DNA from: Williopsis jadinii
Taxonomy: Eukaryota
NCBI GenBank assembly: GCA_024346625.1
Contig: AP024667.1
Span: 930,001-994,000 of the forward strand
DNA length: 64,000 bases
Reading direction: 5' to 3'
The notes beneath the pieces are model-generated. The model searched no databases and was not told the DNA's origin. It saw nothing but the letters and a program-made list of their open reading frames with translations. Within the stretch, counting starts at the first letter, position 1. Every line of letters starts with the position of its first letter. Positions 1 through 14,776 of the stretch are shown here, piece after piece. The translations under genes were made by a program, and so were the position numbers.

Positions 1-3000
1 GTGCTCCATCCTCAATGGTCGTCATGTCCATATTGCTTGCGATTTCGAATGTTGAATGTGCAATTCGCTTAGGACGATGTCGATGGATCTGTGGGATTTG
101 AGATAAACTATAGGCCATGTTGCACATCGCGGCAATAACCCGTAGGAATTATATACCTCAGCAACAAATTGCATAGTGCGAGTGACACACCCGGCGATTA
201 ACTGATCGTCTGTATCGAAATTAGATCAGAAAACGATTATAGCACTCGAAAGGATAATTCCCGCAACTCTATCGCGTTGAGATTAATTTTCAGTTTCACA
301 GCCCACCAGCACTTTTGCTGTTTTTTTGGAAAGTGCCATTGGAGTAATTGATCAACAACACCCTGGAAATTGCTGAACTTAGCAGCTTATAAGCTGTGAC
401 TCTGAATGGAGATGGATTCATTCAAGATACGTACCTGCTTTTGTTGCTGTGTGTCGTATTCCTCAGCAATGTTCTTTGATTCTGAACGGTGCTGCCGGAA
501 CCCCCAAGCCTATGCAAGGGAATGCGTTGCACGGCACGTGAATTGTATTCCATTGCCTAAAAAATATTCTTTCGGTTGTTCTGTCTACAAATCTATGAAA
601 CAGCCGTTGCTTCCTGGTTAAAGAAGTCATTGTTCATTGGCGAATTGCCTTTGGGCTCCATCTTCTGTGTTATTCATCACGCATTGAACACTCGGTCTAT
701 CGTCCTCAACAAAGCCGGTGTCGTGTTGCTGCTCAGGCGTCAGGGGCGCCTCCGTCTCCACGGAAACGCACACAAGGGCTTACAAGCTTCAGTGCGCCCG
801 GGATTGCAACCTTCTACGGCCATTGAAGCATCAGTTTACGTCGATTCAAAGATCAATCTTGTGTTCCTTTACACAAGCTTAACATCGCAAACTAGCCTCT
901 TTACCTCTCTATGCACAACCTCTTAAAGTCAGCACATCTCCTCATTTCCGCTGAAAGCCCCTGCCTGTTTGTTCGCGTAGTAAGCAGAAACAGTTGCATC
1001 GGACCGCACAAGATCCCAAATGCAGCGAGAAGTGACATGTTAGACATTGGAATTTGCTCCTCTGTAGATCTAGGCTCATATATCTAAATACTCTTTTGGA
1101 ACCTGTGCAGTGAATCGTCCTATCTTTAATGCACATAGCGAGAATGCGATCTAACGTGCTTGAGTAAAGTGCTCAAATAGCACACATATTGACAGTGGTC
1201 TTGGATACTGCTCACTGCACAGGGAGCGGATGTGATCGAATTCGATTCACACCCGCAACCTCGCACGAAAGATTTTTTTAGTACTGGCTACTCTATGAGG
1301 TAACGACGTTCGTGAAGCAGGATCTGTTTCAGATTGACTGGCTCATCTACATATAAATGCATTAAGAGTTGTCTGATGTCCAAGCACAACTTAAACCTCA
1401 GGGCGGACTATTTTGGATCTGATCTTGTTCACCCAGAGACCAAAATTCGGACATTGGGACTCGAACGTTGATACAGTGCTTCTTCACTGGTCACGCAGGT
1501 ATTTAGTCAACATCATGGTGTGGTTCGAATACGAGGTGACTCAGGTACTGGCCAACCATCTGCAACGCCGTAAGTGGTGATAGTATGCCTATCGCCTTTG
1601 CTTCAGCTACATGACGTGTAATGCAACGCAGATCTCTCTTTATTTGGCGTACTGTTTTGTTTTTTGAGTGTGTACTTTGGTTGTTTTTTTTAGTCCCGGG
1701 TCCGTCTTGTATTGTCCGGACGTACTTGCAACATATGCGCGAGTGATGACTACCATGCTTAGCCAATCAACTTCAAAGCTAATTGAAATTTGGCTGGATC
1801 CAGCCTTAATCAAAGAACAAGATTAACTGCATAGGCAGCCAGTATTAAAAATGATTTCTGGTGCAAAGTCTCGTGTATTATTCCCTTTGTAGCAACTGCT
1901 CTGGAGGCCTATCGAACAAGATGCTCGCCATGAGATATCTCACCTAACGGGTTTGCTTGATTCACTGACCACGATCAAGAAAATGTACTGGTTGCTTGGC
2001 CAAACGGCTTGGAAAACTATTGTTCGTAAATTTACCGAACGCAGTCTGGAAGTGACCGAATATATACCGGCCTCGCTTGGTGGAGCAATACATCTGTCAG
2101 AAGAATGTGAATTGAGAAGCTGTTCAATTCGAGGGGAGGAAGAAGTACATGGTTCTTTGCAGTGAAATTCTTCTATTAAAGGCAAGGTGCACTGTTGTAT
2201 ACATGACTTTACACCATGAACCGTAGTTGAAACACTCCGGATAAATCATGGGAATAGTTGCTCTAAGGGCTAAGGTGTTTAATACACCCATGTGGCTTGC
2301 TGTTGAAAGGCTAGAATACAATTCATCAGTACCCCCACCAGGTCTTGAGTTACGTATGAATCCTTACAGATGTAAATAATATTCGTCAATGGTGAAATCA
2401 AGCCGTCATGTACTCCGCTTATCAGTATTTGCATAGCTGAGTGTTCTGTAAGTCTCTACCTCCTCTTGGTCTTACACTGTAGAAGCTGGACTCAGGAGAT
2501 GTTGAACTTTGAGCATGGACAATTTGCAAACAGCTCATCAGTCAGCGCAAATTCAAAACCTCAAGACATAGTGTGAAAAGAAAATCAGCGCCGCGCTTAC
2601 ATTTCGCATATTGTGCATATTCGCGGGATTCTGCGCTATAACGGTTAATGAATATTTTACCTTCCATTTCTGCAATAACAGTACATATGTACGCTTAATA
2701 AAACCTCGCGTATCAAGATTAACAATATCAAGATCATATGGAAGAGACAGGGAGGTGAAGTGAAATGCACTTGAAGCAAGCGTATGTTCTCAAAGCATTG
2801 CGCCAATACCACATAGTTACGATGTGTATGATCAGCATGCTCTATTCTGAGCAGACAGGTGGTGGTTCTACCTCCAAGAGGGATGAAATTTATCCCGTAC
2901 AATGCTAACCCATTTCCAAAATGTCCTGAGTAGACCAACTAAGCCATCGATCACAAGGTACTTCGATCGACTACATTCTGACTCTTCTTTCTAGCTACAA

Positions 3001-3802
3001 TGTTTGTGTGGAACTAGGTTTTAGAAACCTTACGGCCGGTCCAAGGCCTCTGAACGTTCGTAGAAGTCCGCACCATGGGCCTTTCGAAGCTCGCTTAATA
3101 TTGGAGAAAATATCCGAGTCAAAAAAAAACACCCCACCACGTTCTGCTGTCCCAACAAACTTCGACACGTACGATAGATGACAACTTCCACCCACCAGGA
3201 CGCTCCAAAGCTGTCCTCGGTTTGTTTGTAATTTTAAAGTTGTAAGTTGTAAATATGTACGCCTTTGTTGTGTGCGTAGTACTTCTAACGCATATCTGTC
3301 TATTTGGGACTGCAGAAGCACAAAGGAGTGCCTGTGTAATGTCTTACTGTTATGTGCATGCGGCAAATACATAATTGCACAGAACATACTTCTCTCCTTC
3401 CTTCTTTCTCCCAGGTATAGTCCTGGGTACATTTGGGAGTTGAGCCGCTCTATATTAACTTTGAGCTGCGTTGGAAATCAGTTAAGCAAACTCTATAGAG
3501 TGCATATTCATACATGCGTACAGCGCTCAAGGTTTCATGCACAGCTGAGCACACAATGTAAAGTCTGTGACTTCGACCTCGCTTGTGATGAATCTCATAT
3601 GTATGTCATGTAAGTGCGTTGTGTGTATAAAAGTAGGAATCAATCCGCGCTGGAGAGGATTCTTCCAAGAGACCGAATTTGTAGCGTAATCTTTTTTTTT
3701 TGACCAGCTATTTTGGTTGTTCATCGGAGAAGGGTCTCTTTCATAGAAAGGTAATACACTGAACACACAACAGTTCCTCAAAAGAAGAAGAATCTGAAAA
3801 AC

Positions 3803-4666
3803 ATGTTTATGAGTGCACAGAAGATGCGCTTACCCTCCGTTCATGACATATTCCCTCACACCGACTCCAGCTCATCACCATCACAAAGATCAACTCCACA
3901 GACAGACAGAGAGCAGGTATACAATTCCAGGCCTCGTCCGGAATCAGGGGCAAATGTAGGGGTGTGGTACACATACCAAGCCCCGCCACAAACAGTTGTA
4001 CACCAAGCATTGCCAAATCACCAATATCCACCACCACAACAACAATATCATCAGCAGCAGCAACAACAACAGCATCATTATCATCATCAGCAACAGCAAC
4101 AACAGCAACAACAGCAACAACAGCAACAACATCAGCACCATTCACCAGTATATCAACACTTCATGGCTCAGCCAGCTCTCACAATGTCACAACAGCATCG
4201 TGAACGTTACCAGCATCATATCAGCCCATATTCACACCCATCACCATTGCCACAGCTACCACAGCAAAATATTTATCAATATCAATATCGACCAGAACTA
4301 GTTTATCGTATTGCGGCTCCACGGCAGAGATTTCATCACATTGAAAAGCCACGTCAGAACAATGCGTGGAGCTATGAAGATGATTCTCTCTTACGGTATT
4401 TAAAGGAGAAGAGAAACTTGGGATGGAGGGAAATCTCACTTCATTTCAAGAACAGAACCGCAAATGGATGTCAGTTCAGATGGCGAAGACTATCTGCGCT
4501 GGAAAAGGAGAAGAAACAACGTCTACTGGACTCAAAGAAAACAAATGATACCGATGCCACCAGTTCAACCACGCAGGCTGTGGTGAACAATTCCCCTCCT
4601 AATTCCACCAAGTCAGTATCAAGTCCAAGTTCTCCACGCCATAGTCTTCGGAATTTGCTTAATTGA
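3803..4666 (+). CDS. Myb/SANT-domain transcription factor with polyQ/H tract (Dot6/Tod6-like Myb repeat)
   Basis: 287-aa ORF; Myb repeat WSYEDDSLLRYLKEKRNLGWREISLHFKNRTANGCQFRWRRL with three spaced Trp; N-terminal LPSV motif, Q/H-rich region, C-terminal SLRNLLN. Confidence 0.85.
   Translation: MFMSAQKMRLPSVHDIFPHTDSSSSPSQRSTPQTDREQVYNSRPRPESGANVGVWYTYQAPPQTVVHQALPNHQYPPPQQQYHQQQQQQQHHYHHQQQQQQQQQQQQQQHQHHSPVYQHFMAQPALTMSQQHRERYQHHISPYSHPSPLPQLPQQNIYQYQYRPELVYRIAAPRQRFHHIEKPRQNNAWSYEDDSLLRYLKEKRNLGWREISLHFKNRTANGCQFRWRRLSALEKEKKQRLLDSKKTNDTDATSSTTQAVVNNSPPNSTKSVSSPSSPRHSLRNLLN
4037..4141 (+). repeat. CAA/CAG/CAT trinucleotide tract encoding polyQ/H
   Basis: Directly visible (caa/cag)n runs within the Myb ORF. 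Confidence 0.95.
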
Positions 4667-7600
4667 AACAGTCAATAGTCATTTAGCTGGTTATATAAAC
4701 ATTCCCTTTTTTTCTTTTGGTTATGGTATCCTAGATATGCGACTTTATATTGGAGGTCTAATTAATGAACTGTTTTGAGAGCTTAGACCAGGTGTTGTTC
4801 TTTGTACTAGAACATGTATCTAGCAAAATGCCGGAGTGCTTATTAACAAAAGTTATTAACTGCTTTCACTTGCGAATACAATCTGATCAAAGGATAGTTC
4901 GATACCCCTTTCACAGCGTGGAACACGCAAGGCATGGTGTCCATTCGGAATGTAATTGATGATCATTAAGTGCGATGCCCTGTGATTATTCATGACACGA
5001 CCAATGGTGCAGCGTGGACCGCACTTTCAGTCTGATTTGATCATTTGACTCTAGTGGAATCAGAGTCATAGAAAGGCCAGCGAGTGGCATCTTCAAGAGA
5101 GTGCTACCATGTTGTTACCTTGAATACTGTACTCTCGGGACACCAGAACATCTCCAAACACTACTGGAAATCCTGAAATTCAACCAATGTGTGTCTTGCA
5201 TTCAACTATACTGTAGCGTGATCAACAGAGAAGTTGCTGTTTATGTTAACCATTAGAAACCAGGTACTGGACCTACACCCCCTTTCAGTACTCATCTAAG
5301 CGACAGCTAAAGCCCACTACACCCCCCTCCCTAACATCACTACGGTATGTATGCTTGAAGTTCAGACATACAATTGTCCTTCCAAAGCTTCCAATACATC
5401 CTAAAAATGTAGCACTGTCCCAAGTTGTCAATTCTAGGTAAGTGAAAAGTTCTCATACTTCTACCTAAGACACATTCCACGTACGTTTTTACGTACGTAT
5501 AACTCCTACGTCCATCCAGCCCGGTAGCTTAAATGCTCATTCAACTACGAGGCGAAGCTGGCAGCCCTAATTAGCACGCCTTAGCTCGTTAATGTAAACC
5601 AAAAAAAACGACTGCAAGACGTTCCGGTCCATTATCAACAGGGCTGACTTGATCATAGCCCCATCTCCATGGTCAAATCTAGGTGGCATGATACATCCAT
5701 CAATCCACACTATCTTTTGAAATACTTGAGAGTTTCGACTGTGCGCTTCAAGGCTGTGCGTTGGTAGAGTAACTGTTATTTGGATAGTTTTTCTTTGTAA
5801 CACCACCATTCCTGAACCTTCTGCAGGCAATTGAAAGAGAGCGAGGATGGGCCGAGTCCACCGGAATCTCTTGTTCGTGATTAGATACGACTTGATTGAC
5901 TATTGTAACTACTGGAAAGACTCACTAGCCTAATCATACACTGTGGCTCGAGAAACTTGGACTTTCGGCAGTCAATGCTACTCATGCTCTGGCGTGCTTA
6001 TCGGAATGTCCTGAGCTCGACAACCCAACTCAGGAATGGCTTACATCTACCGTGGGACTTCGCGAACATGTGGTTAGAAATCAGTGCTTGGAATTCATAT
6101 CAGACTAGTGTCTTATGAGCTTCAATGTATACATGGTTGCTAGCCTCAAGAGCATCGGGATGGACCACCGCAAGCTGCATCCATTTGGCGTATTCCGGGG
6201 TATTCACCCACACGAATTGTCTCATAATATCTAATCAAGATTCGAAGGAGAACGTCAGGCCATTTACTGCTGAGAGAGCTAAGGTGAGAATTACATGTAG
6301 AACTGACACATACAGTTCTGTATTGTATTAACTCTTGAGTCGATGCTCTTTCGCTGGCTAACTGTACAATCCAGTCCTATTATTGGCCTCCCTGCATTTC
6401 ATATCAACCACTGGACAAATGTCATTACAACGACATTAACAGTCTAGCCCATACACCTGTCCCAAAGAAGACGTACTTAATCGTATCTTAGTTTACATGT
6501 TTGCATACAACCCTAATTTAAAGCGTCATATACCAAGTCATTAAAAAAATGCTGTCAACGAACTGACATTCAAGGTTGCTGAGCCTCTATAACATTCTTC
6601 CCTGTAAGGCATTTGACTTTACCACTCCTCACTCATTATAAGCGTTTGAACAATTAACCACTGAGTCAAGGCATAGCACTAAACAACAGCTAAAAAAATT
6701 TTCCCTAGATCCGGCATTAACTATACATCAAGATACTGTCAAACTCTGTGTGTAGACATTATACAGTCAATTTACGAATGGTATAGATCGGCGAAAATTT
6801 CAATCCTTATCAAATACAACATCTAAACATGGCCGGTAACTCTATAATTTTAAGTACATAAGCTTATCTTTAAGCTTGAGCGTAATTCGAGTTAATGACG
6901 TTCGTCTGGAGGAGAGGCTACTCATCAGAAGGGTGCTTTTCCCCGCTATTTTCTCTCTTCCATTCACTCATCTCAAATCTTATGGAGTAGTAACTGGAAA
7001 GTGTGTCCAATGCCTCAGGGCCTGTACATTTTCTACAGGCCAGAATGACAAGACTGGCAACCAGTTCACAGGTAAAGATGGATGTCCTGGCTTAGTAATA
7101 TCCAATCTACTAAAGGAACTTAAATACAGTGGTGACAGTTGCAGTTTTATGTGTCTCATTTGCTGGTTACTCAGTGACTTTAGGGTTTTCCAAGCACAGT
7201 GCACTGCATAAGATATTAAATTATTTTGCTAACTATTACCTTTTCCAAAACCAACATTAGCGTATTTGTCTCCTGTTTTATCAAAAAATAATGGAAGGAA
7301 GCTTTAGGATTAAGCCTTGCTGCTATAATCACAATTTGGCTGCAGAAATCTGGGATCTTTTCTTCTCTTACTCGCTTAGCTGGTGGCATGCTTCATATCG
7401 AGCTTGGACATATGCTTTAGCAAATGAATTATGTCATCAGTTCGAAAGATACACACTAGACATCCTTGGCTTGAGTACGTAATCGGTTATATTTCCCGGG
7501 TCAATTGTTGTGCTGTCTTTCTATGAGGCTCACTAAGATACTCCGCAAGGAAGACACACCATCCACTCATTGCACCTTACAGTTAGGTTGTTGATAAGTA

Positions 7601-10600
7601 GTCAAGTGGCGAAATACTAGTACGTTACTCATTCAGTACAAACTCTATTTTATGTATATGTTAGCTATAGGGTGTCACTATTGAAAAACTAGTTGAATAT
7701 AAAAGAAAAGAAAAAAAAGGACGCCCGTTGTATATGGTTATCTACCAAATGGGCCAGAGAGGTCCTCAGTCTTTGTAATATGTGCTAAGAAGCCAAGACT
7801 ATTTCCTTGAGTATGAGAACTAAGTAAACCACATACTGTAAATATCATTACATGTAGCGAAGTCATATGACCTTGCAAAACCATTGGCCATTAATTTTAG
7901 CTGATTAAGATTGGAGATACTATAACCTAAGCCCTGACCCGACATTTGACAATTTGACGGTTATACGAGACTAAGCACTTGAAAAGCACAAATTCTCAAT
8001 TGTGGTAATGCTTTCCCCCGTCACTCAGTTGTTCATGCCTTTCGTTACATCTGGTTGATTGTTGTCCATATTTCAATACAAAAACACCTCATGTTGTTAT
8101 GGTTAAGCCTCTCTATTGAAAATTTGGAAGAGCGTAATAAGATATGTACCTCAATTGGTTTTACGGGTTGATGTCTGGAGGGACTGTGTCAAAGATCATC
8201 ATCACCACACGCACAGCTCCCCATGGGCTCAAGGATTTTCATCCTGGAATGCAGATTGTGAGGTTTCAGGAGTGCAGAAATGTAAATCGGTATGCGATGC
8301 TAGGTTCTATTTTGGTAAGCCCCTTTCAAGAGTACGAAATTAGCTGAGGTATGGCCAACCAGCGTGCGCATTACTGGCTTTCAGAGTGTTGGTGAGACCT
8401 ATCAAACTAAGCACGCTTTATTTGTTAAGCACTTCTATTGTTGCATCTGCTTGGAAACCATTAGAAGTCTCTAGTACCATTGGTGGGCCAGATCCTTCCT
8501 CAAAGTTTTAAATTAAGTTTTGATATTTGAATACAGCCAGATTTTTTACGTAAAGCTTTGATCTGCGGGCCCTATATATCTTGAGGGACAAAATCATCCG
8601 CCTTATTTCATTAAAATGATACCAATATTACTAATTCAACTATAATCTTGTAATAAATGAAGTATGACGTTGCAGTTATAGGCCATAATCAAAGTTTGAT
8701 CATTCATGGTACTCAATTAGCGATCTTATCCTTCGACGGTTGACTTCGTGTTCAACCGCATATATCGAAATACAGTTATTTACTTGGTCCACCCCCAGCA
8801 CACCTGAGGAAGTACATGATTAGTACTATACGCCTTCTGCATCTATTATTAGTAGACGTACGAATGGTGTACATAGTCTTCAGGATAATTCTACTGCATG
8901 CAGATGATATTAACCCTTCAGTTTCAATGATCAGCTTCAACTTCTCATTAAGCACAATCCGTAGTTGTAGGCTGTACCCTGCGGTACACTGTAATCTTTG
9001 TTGCAGCTTTCTGTTTAACCAGAATATTTGTTATCAAAGTATATCCATATTAAACTTAGTATACGCTTCATGGCCTAGATCAGAGAATAACCTGGTAAAA
9101 TCATCATGACAAATATCTAGAATGGCAGCAGCAGAGGCGACTTCTACTATGTTTTCTTGACTTAGCAGTACGGATCATCACATCGGCAAGACAGGATAAT
9201 GGACTACTTGAACAAACTAGCCTCCAATTGCTCTTCATTCATTTGGTCTTACATCGTGGCTGCTATGAAAAATACTTTGACGCTAAAGGGCATTTGACGC
9301 AACTCACTGTACTCCACCTTACTCTTCTCAACTTCATAGGATATAGGACACGGTGTTGATGGCGTGGGCCATTTTGCAACTAGATGCTCGCAACTTAAAA
9401 AGGTGGCTTCGAATTATCCCGTGTCCCTAGCTGCCGATACGTATATGAACGGTCTCTGAGTAATCCAAGAAGAAAATCCCAGTCCCTTTGTTTTAAAATC
9501 TAATCTGATTATTACTACTTAATTATGTGGATAACTGGTGCTGTGTTACTGAGCTCATACGTACAATATTCTTCGGATCTCTGTTGCTAAATAATAATTG
9601 GATTCTCACAGACTCCGGAACTGTGCTAGTTGCCAGCCTCACCGCATACTAACGCTGACAACCACTGTAGCTTGGCTGCTTATCTAAATATGACTAAAAT
9701 ATCTACAGAGAATATGTTTCCTGTACGAGACTATAGCTACAAACAGATATTCTCGATTTTTATTATGACACCCAGCTTGCAGATTATAACAAAACGAAAA
9801 TCTAATAGAAGACAAAGTATACGGATGCATGTGCATGTGCATTGTGTGCATTTTCATACGCCTTATATGTGGTTTAATAGTCATCAACCAAGACATTCCA
9901 CAAGCAAAACTGACGTACATGTAGACTCATGCACTATAGCCCAGGACAAAAAATGCAGAAATAATGTGAAGCAGGCATACAAGCTGGTATTTCTGGCAAC
10001 TAAATGCAGTCGCGAGGTGGCAGACTAAAACTGCACTCGCAAGGCAAAACTCTGTGGCCCGAACTGCGATAATGTCCTTTGAACCGCTAACTTCGGAGAC
10101 GGTCTGGTAGGAGCACTGAAACTTGAAAAATTGCAACAACCCATCAGGTCAACAGACAAGTTTCCTTTAAATCATTTGAATACTGGCTGTATTCAATGCA
10201 ATGGTCTGCTTGAATGGTCATAGGTATAACATATAACCTTTTTGGCCCAGGCGATGTGTTTTCAATTGTATCCCACATCATACACTAGGAACCAATGGGT
10301 TTATCGCTGTGTGTTCATCTTTATTAGCTAACTTACCAAGTCTTGTGATTGCCAAGTAACTTGCGACTCTAACATGCAGGAAATTGCGACACAACTGAGC
10401 CCCAATTCAGAGATCTTACCATTAGACGTCTTATAATGTTCTGAGACTGTGATTAAGTTGAAGGGTGTTAACGGTTAACTAAACACCCCTATCAGAGTCT
10501 TTCAATTGGTCCACGGTTTTCAATTTGCGCAGCCGAAGGAATGAGCATCAGATGATGAGGCTCGGGGCTCTCCGTTGTCATCTGGTTGGAAAAGTCCTAA

Positions 10601-13600
10601 CTCTTGAGGAATACATCATATCTTCCAGTATCAGTAACTTTGACTTTAAAACAGAGTTTTATTAACAGATCTGTTCAGACTTCCCTGAAAACGAAACACG
10701 ATGTCTCCATAGCAGCCATCCAGTCAACTCCGAGTACTTGTTATTCCTTCATGAATCTATCTGTGAAGAGAAGGACATGAAATAAAACGTAAAAGGTTTG
10801 CTTTGGCCTTTGATTTTCCAGAAGGATGGAGGTAAATCACTACAAAGATTGAAAAAGTTTAGAACATACGGATTGACCCATGGATGTCTTTGATTAAATA
10901 TTCGATTCAGATTGAATAACTTGTATAATCCACTAAAATATTCTTTTGATTTTCAGACCGCTTAAATAAAATAATCATTAAAGGTTAATTTAATCTGGAA
11001 AAATAAATCCTTAATTACATGCCAGTCATGGTACGGCCAAAAGGCTTATGCTGCATTTTTTAAGGCTGCTACCAACAACGTGTACATATCTACATGAAAT
11101 CGAACCATGGAACCTGAAACTATTAAAAATCAAGGTGCCTGGAACAACTCGGAAAGGCCAATATCTCGATACTAAATAGTACACCCTTTTTGTTACAGGT
11201 GGCATCGTTATCATGAATTAGATTCGTTCTGATATCGAACACGTCTATTTCCTACATGATGCAATGTACGAAATTCACGAAAAGATGGCCATGATTCACA
11301 GACACCTTGGTACCAACTGTCTCCCCAACTAAGCGTCTCGTAAAAGCAACGCTTTGTACATTCAATGCCCATGAAAAATGATCAGAATCACACGTGGATA
11401 TTGACGTTAATTGCATGAGTTTGGCGTCACTCGACACTGTTCGGCTTTCAAAACCGTTTTAGTTGGTTATCAAGGCGTAGTATAGAGTTTGGTGTTGATA
11501 AGTTCCACCCATACACCTTATGAAATAGTTGAAGCATCAAGTTTCGTTTAAACCTCCTACTTTTGGTCTTTGCAACCATATACTGCATGATTATCGTGTT
11601 ATTACTATTAATTGGGGTACTTGGAGTTGACCTGTTTCAAATTTCAGCCTAGTAAGGCAAATTCTTCCTTTTCCGTACTGCACCCTACAGTCTGCACCCA
11701 TCAAGGGCGTGTTCTGAGTCTTTGAGGACCCCTTTCTGGTTGTCTGAAACACGTTAATTGTTCATCTTTCTATGAACTAATGAAAAGGGAGAGCCAAAGA
11801 GCGAATTGCTCTAAATATCGAGTTACGCCTAACCCTAAGATTCCTAACTTCGAAGGCACTAAGTTCGACAATTGAAAATGGATCTTTGACGTACAAGAGC
11901 TCAGGCGTTCTGCAGGCTCTTGGTTAGATCGTCACTGACTATATGGACTTGTCCAGGTCACGGTGTGCAAAAAGTCGATCTGCATGTTCCTCTTTCACCC
12001 AACGGTTTTCAATGCAACCTGTTGTAGCACCTGGGTACTAATTCTTCTATATCTGCTTGTTCAGTGTCCAGTGTGTTAATGTGCGTCATAATCGAACTCG
12101 CAACTTAGCGCCTTTGAACTCCCAAACACCCGTATTAGAGAAGGAGATGTGGGCATGTAGGTAGTGAAAGTTAACACAGTCCACAGCAGCTCGCAGTTGC
12201 TGTAAGTACAGTCATCACATACTGGTATGGTTTGTCTCGTATATTAAGATATCAGCCTGATGGTCACCTTGTAAGTAGCTTATTAAGTCGCAGATTGTGT
12301 GGCAAGCTTCAAAGCTTCGGAATTGATTGACCTTCATTTGGTGGAATGATCTTGAGAAAAGAGTATTGATGGGCGATTCAATTGAGGTATTCAGCTAAAC
12401 AAAGTTCGACCACTCAAGAGGTCAATGACCATGCTTCTCGTCGTTCTTTCGTATGATATTTGCACAACGTCCAATTGCAGTCTACTACAATCATGGCGAT
12501 CACATGTAGTATTCGATCTGCAATGACACGCACTAAATGATTGCAGCCACTCCAAGAGAGTTCAGCGTAATTCACAACACAGGTGCTTGATGCAGTTGTG
12601 TGTAGTGATGAAATTACCCGGAGATCTTGGGCGATAATATTCTATTCGTAGAGAGATAGTAAATGAAAATTGAACACTCCTGATACGACACGGTGTTTAG
12701 TTCTTTGCAAGCACTACACAGTCCTATCATATCCTTAGGCGTAAGTTGCAAGTGTTAGCAGATCTTATGCACAATTGGAAAGATTTTTCCGTAACGCCTC
12801 AACTACAAGCCTTGGGGTACAAGTTACGAAAGACATACAAGCAAATCGCAACATGTAGCGTGTTAGAACAAAGCTTACAGCCCTCTTCATAAATTTTAGA
12901 CGTGATCGCGTGTACTGTGATCTTAAACGTAAACAGTGAAAAAGCAAAAGTCTAAAAACCTTTATGATCAATATAAGTCTACATTTTCGATTAAAAAACC
13001 TCTCATTATCATATTGAGCAATGTCATAAGGCAGTTTATTGAATCAACATCATATACCAGTATATGTATTCAGAGGTTAGTTATAATCATCACACGTTGG
13101 TTGCACTCTATAACCAGTCAATTTACTGCTTTGTGAAGAACTCGGCACCACAAATTCCTTAGAAAACGGCGATTCTTAAAATAATGGCTGCACACACGGT
13201 AGATAGCGATGATGACAATGACGAACGCTTGAGTTGGCACAATGAAGTGTGGAAGGTTTCAGAAATAAGTCTAACTTTTACGTTTTCTATTGTGGTCTTT
13301 GTAAGAGTTACTGAAGCTTGGGTAGATACCCCCTCCCTTTTTATGTTTCTCGCCAGTTGAGTTATTACAGAGCACAACGATATCGGGCGCCAAGGTAGTT
13401 ACTATAGGTAATACACCCATTGGTAACGATAATAATAATGGAAAACTCTACAGAAGCTCAGTATATTTAGAACAGATAGCTCGAATGATACACCTGTTCT
13501 CTGCTTCATCTTCAAAGTAGTCAAGTTGGCTTTTATCCGTCGTCATTCACACTATTTGGTATTCAATTCGAACCAATAGGTTGTATGTAGGATTCTTGGA

Positions 13601-14776
13601 GGGAATCGAAAGGAACTGAATACCTGATCAGTGGTGAATATATTGACGTTAGACCTACTGAATTAGGGGATGTCGCATCTGATGAATGCCTATTCTTTGT
13701 TGGATGTCTACTCTTCTCTTATGGATTCTCAAACTCCTTGATTGGACATAGGTGTGGTTCAGGACACGGTGGAAGATACCAAAGCAGTGAGTTGTTCATT
13801 GGCGCTTCAATGTGTTATATGGTTCCTCAATCAATTATAACCAGTGAATTTGATCTCAGTTTCAGATAATTCACACATGGAATGAAGTGTTTCTTCTTTG
13901 CCGGCATTTCAAACGGAAAACAAAGACTCAAAGTATACGAACAAGAATATACCTGATGGCTCTATTAGTATTTGCTAAATCACCATTACAAAAGTTGATT
14001 ATCGAATGAATTGTTAGTGGCTGAGCACACGTTTCTCAGCCTTTAGCCCTTTCAACACCCTTTGAAATGGCGAGACCATACTGGAATCGTTGGTTCATTC
14101 CTTTACAACGCCTGTCAGCTCTGTAATGCGACGCTTATGCAAACGTAACCATATTGTTCATAATACACCAAACATTATAGACCACCTCTGTCAATCCAGC
14201 AGTGTCCATGTAAGAGACACTTTCCTGAAGACAGTTGCACAGCCAAAGAACCAAAACAAAATGAAACAACTTTTCATCACAGAATTCAAATCCGTAGTCG
14301 GGACGCATATTTCAGAGTAGGAGTGTCATCTCGCGAACAAGCCCCAATTACAAGCACTCAACTGGATAGACTCATTCCCGAACGAGCCAGTCATGAACGG
14401 TCTTTACCTGATCTCAACGAAGAAGAGTACATTGGGTAACAAAAGCTCCTGGAGTATGACCACCATACCTGGATGAGTTTCATAGATACCGAAGAGCCTC
14501 CGCGATCAGAGGTATAACCTTCATGCATATATATTGCAGCCATATGCATGCATTTCCACAGTTTTGCTGTTTGGAGAAGCACAAGGCAATGTGAGCTTAA
14601 ACTTTAAGCAGCTCATAGTTTTGTGCTCTTAAACGCACTTTCGGTCTTATATCACGTGATTATAGCCTCGTTATTGTGTTTTGGGAAGAGTGATCTACTC
14701 CACAGTTCCGTATTGGGTTTTAATACTTGTACTAGATACAACGGAATCACCTGTCGTCAGGTTTTGGACGTTCATT
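4667..14776. other. ~10 kb gene-free, GC-poorer intergenic block (candidate regional centromere)
   Basis: No ORF wholly inside exceeds 132 aa and none resembles a known protein; spot-counted 60-nt lines give about 30-40% GC. Confidence 0.45.

Noticed and set aside
3807..4301. Poly-L, poly-V/A, poly-T and poly-N ORFs in alternate frames
   Set aside because: Alternate readings of the CAA/CAG repeat in the Myb gene
4667..14776. Point centromere (CDEI-CDEII-CDEIII) or Ty/LTR element in the desert
   Set aside because: RTCACRTG hits (about 12499 and 14651) are not followed by a very AT-rich spacer and CCGAA; no RT/integrase motifs or paired LTRs seen by eye, though degenerate relics cannot be excluded
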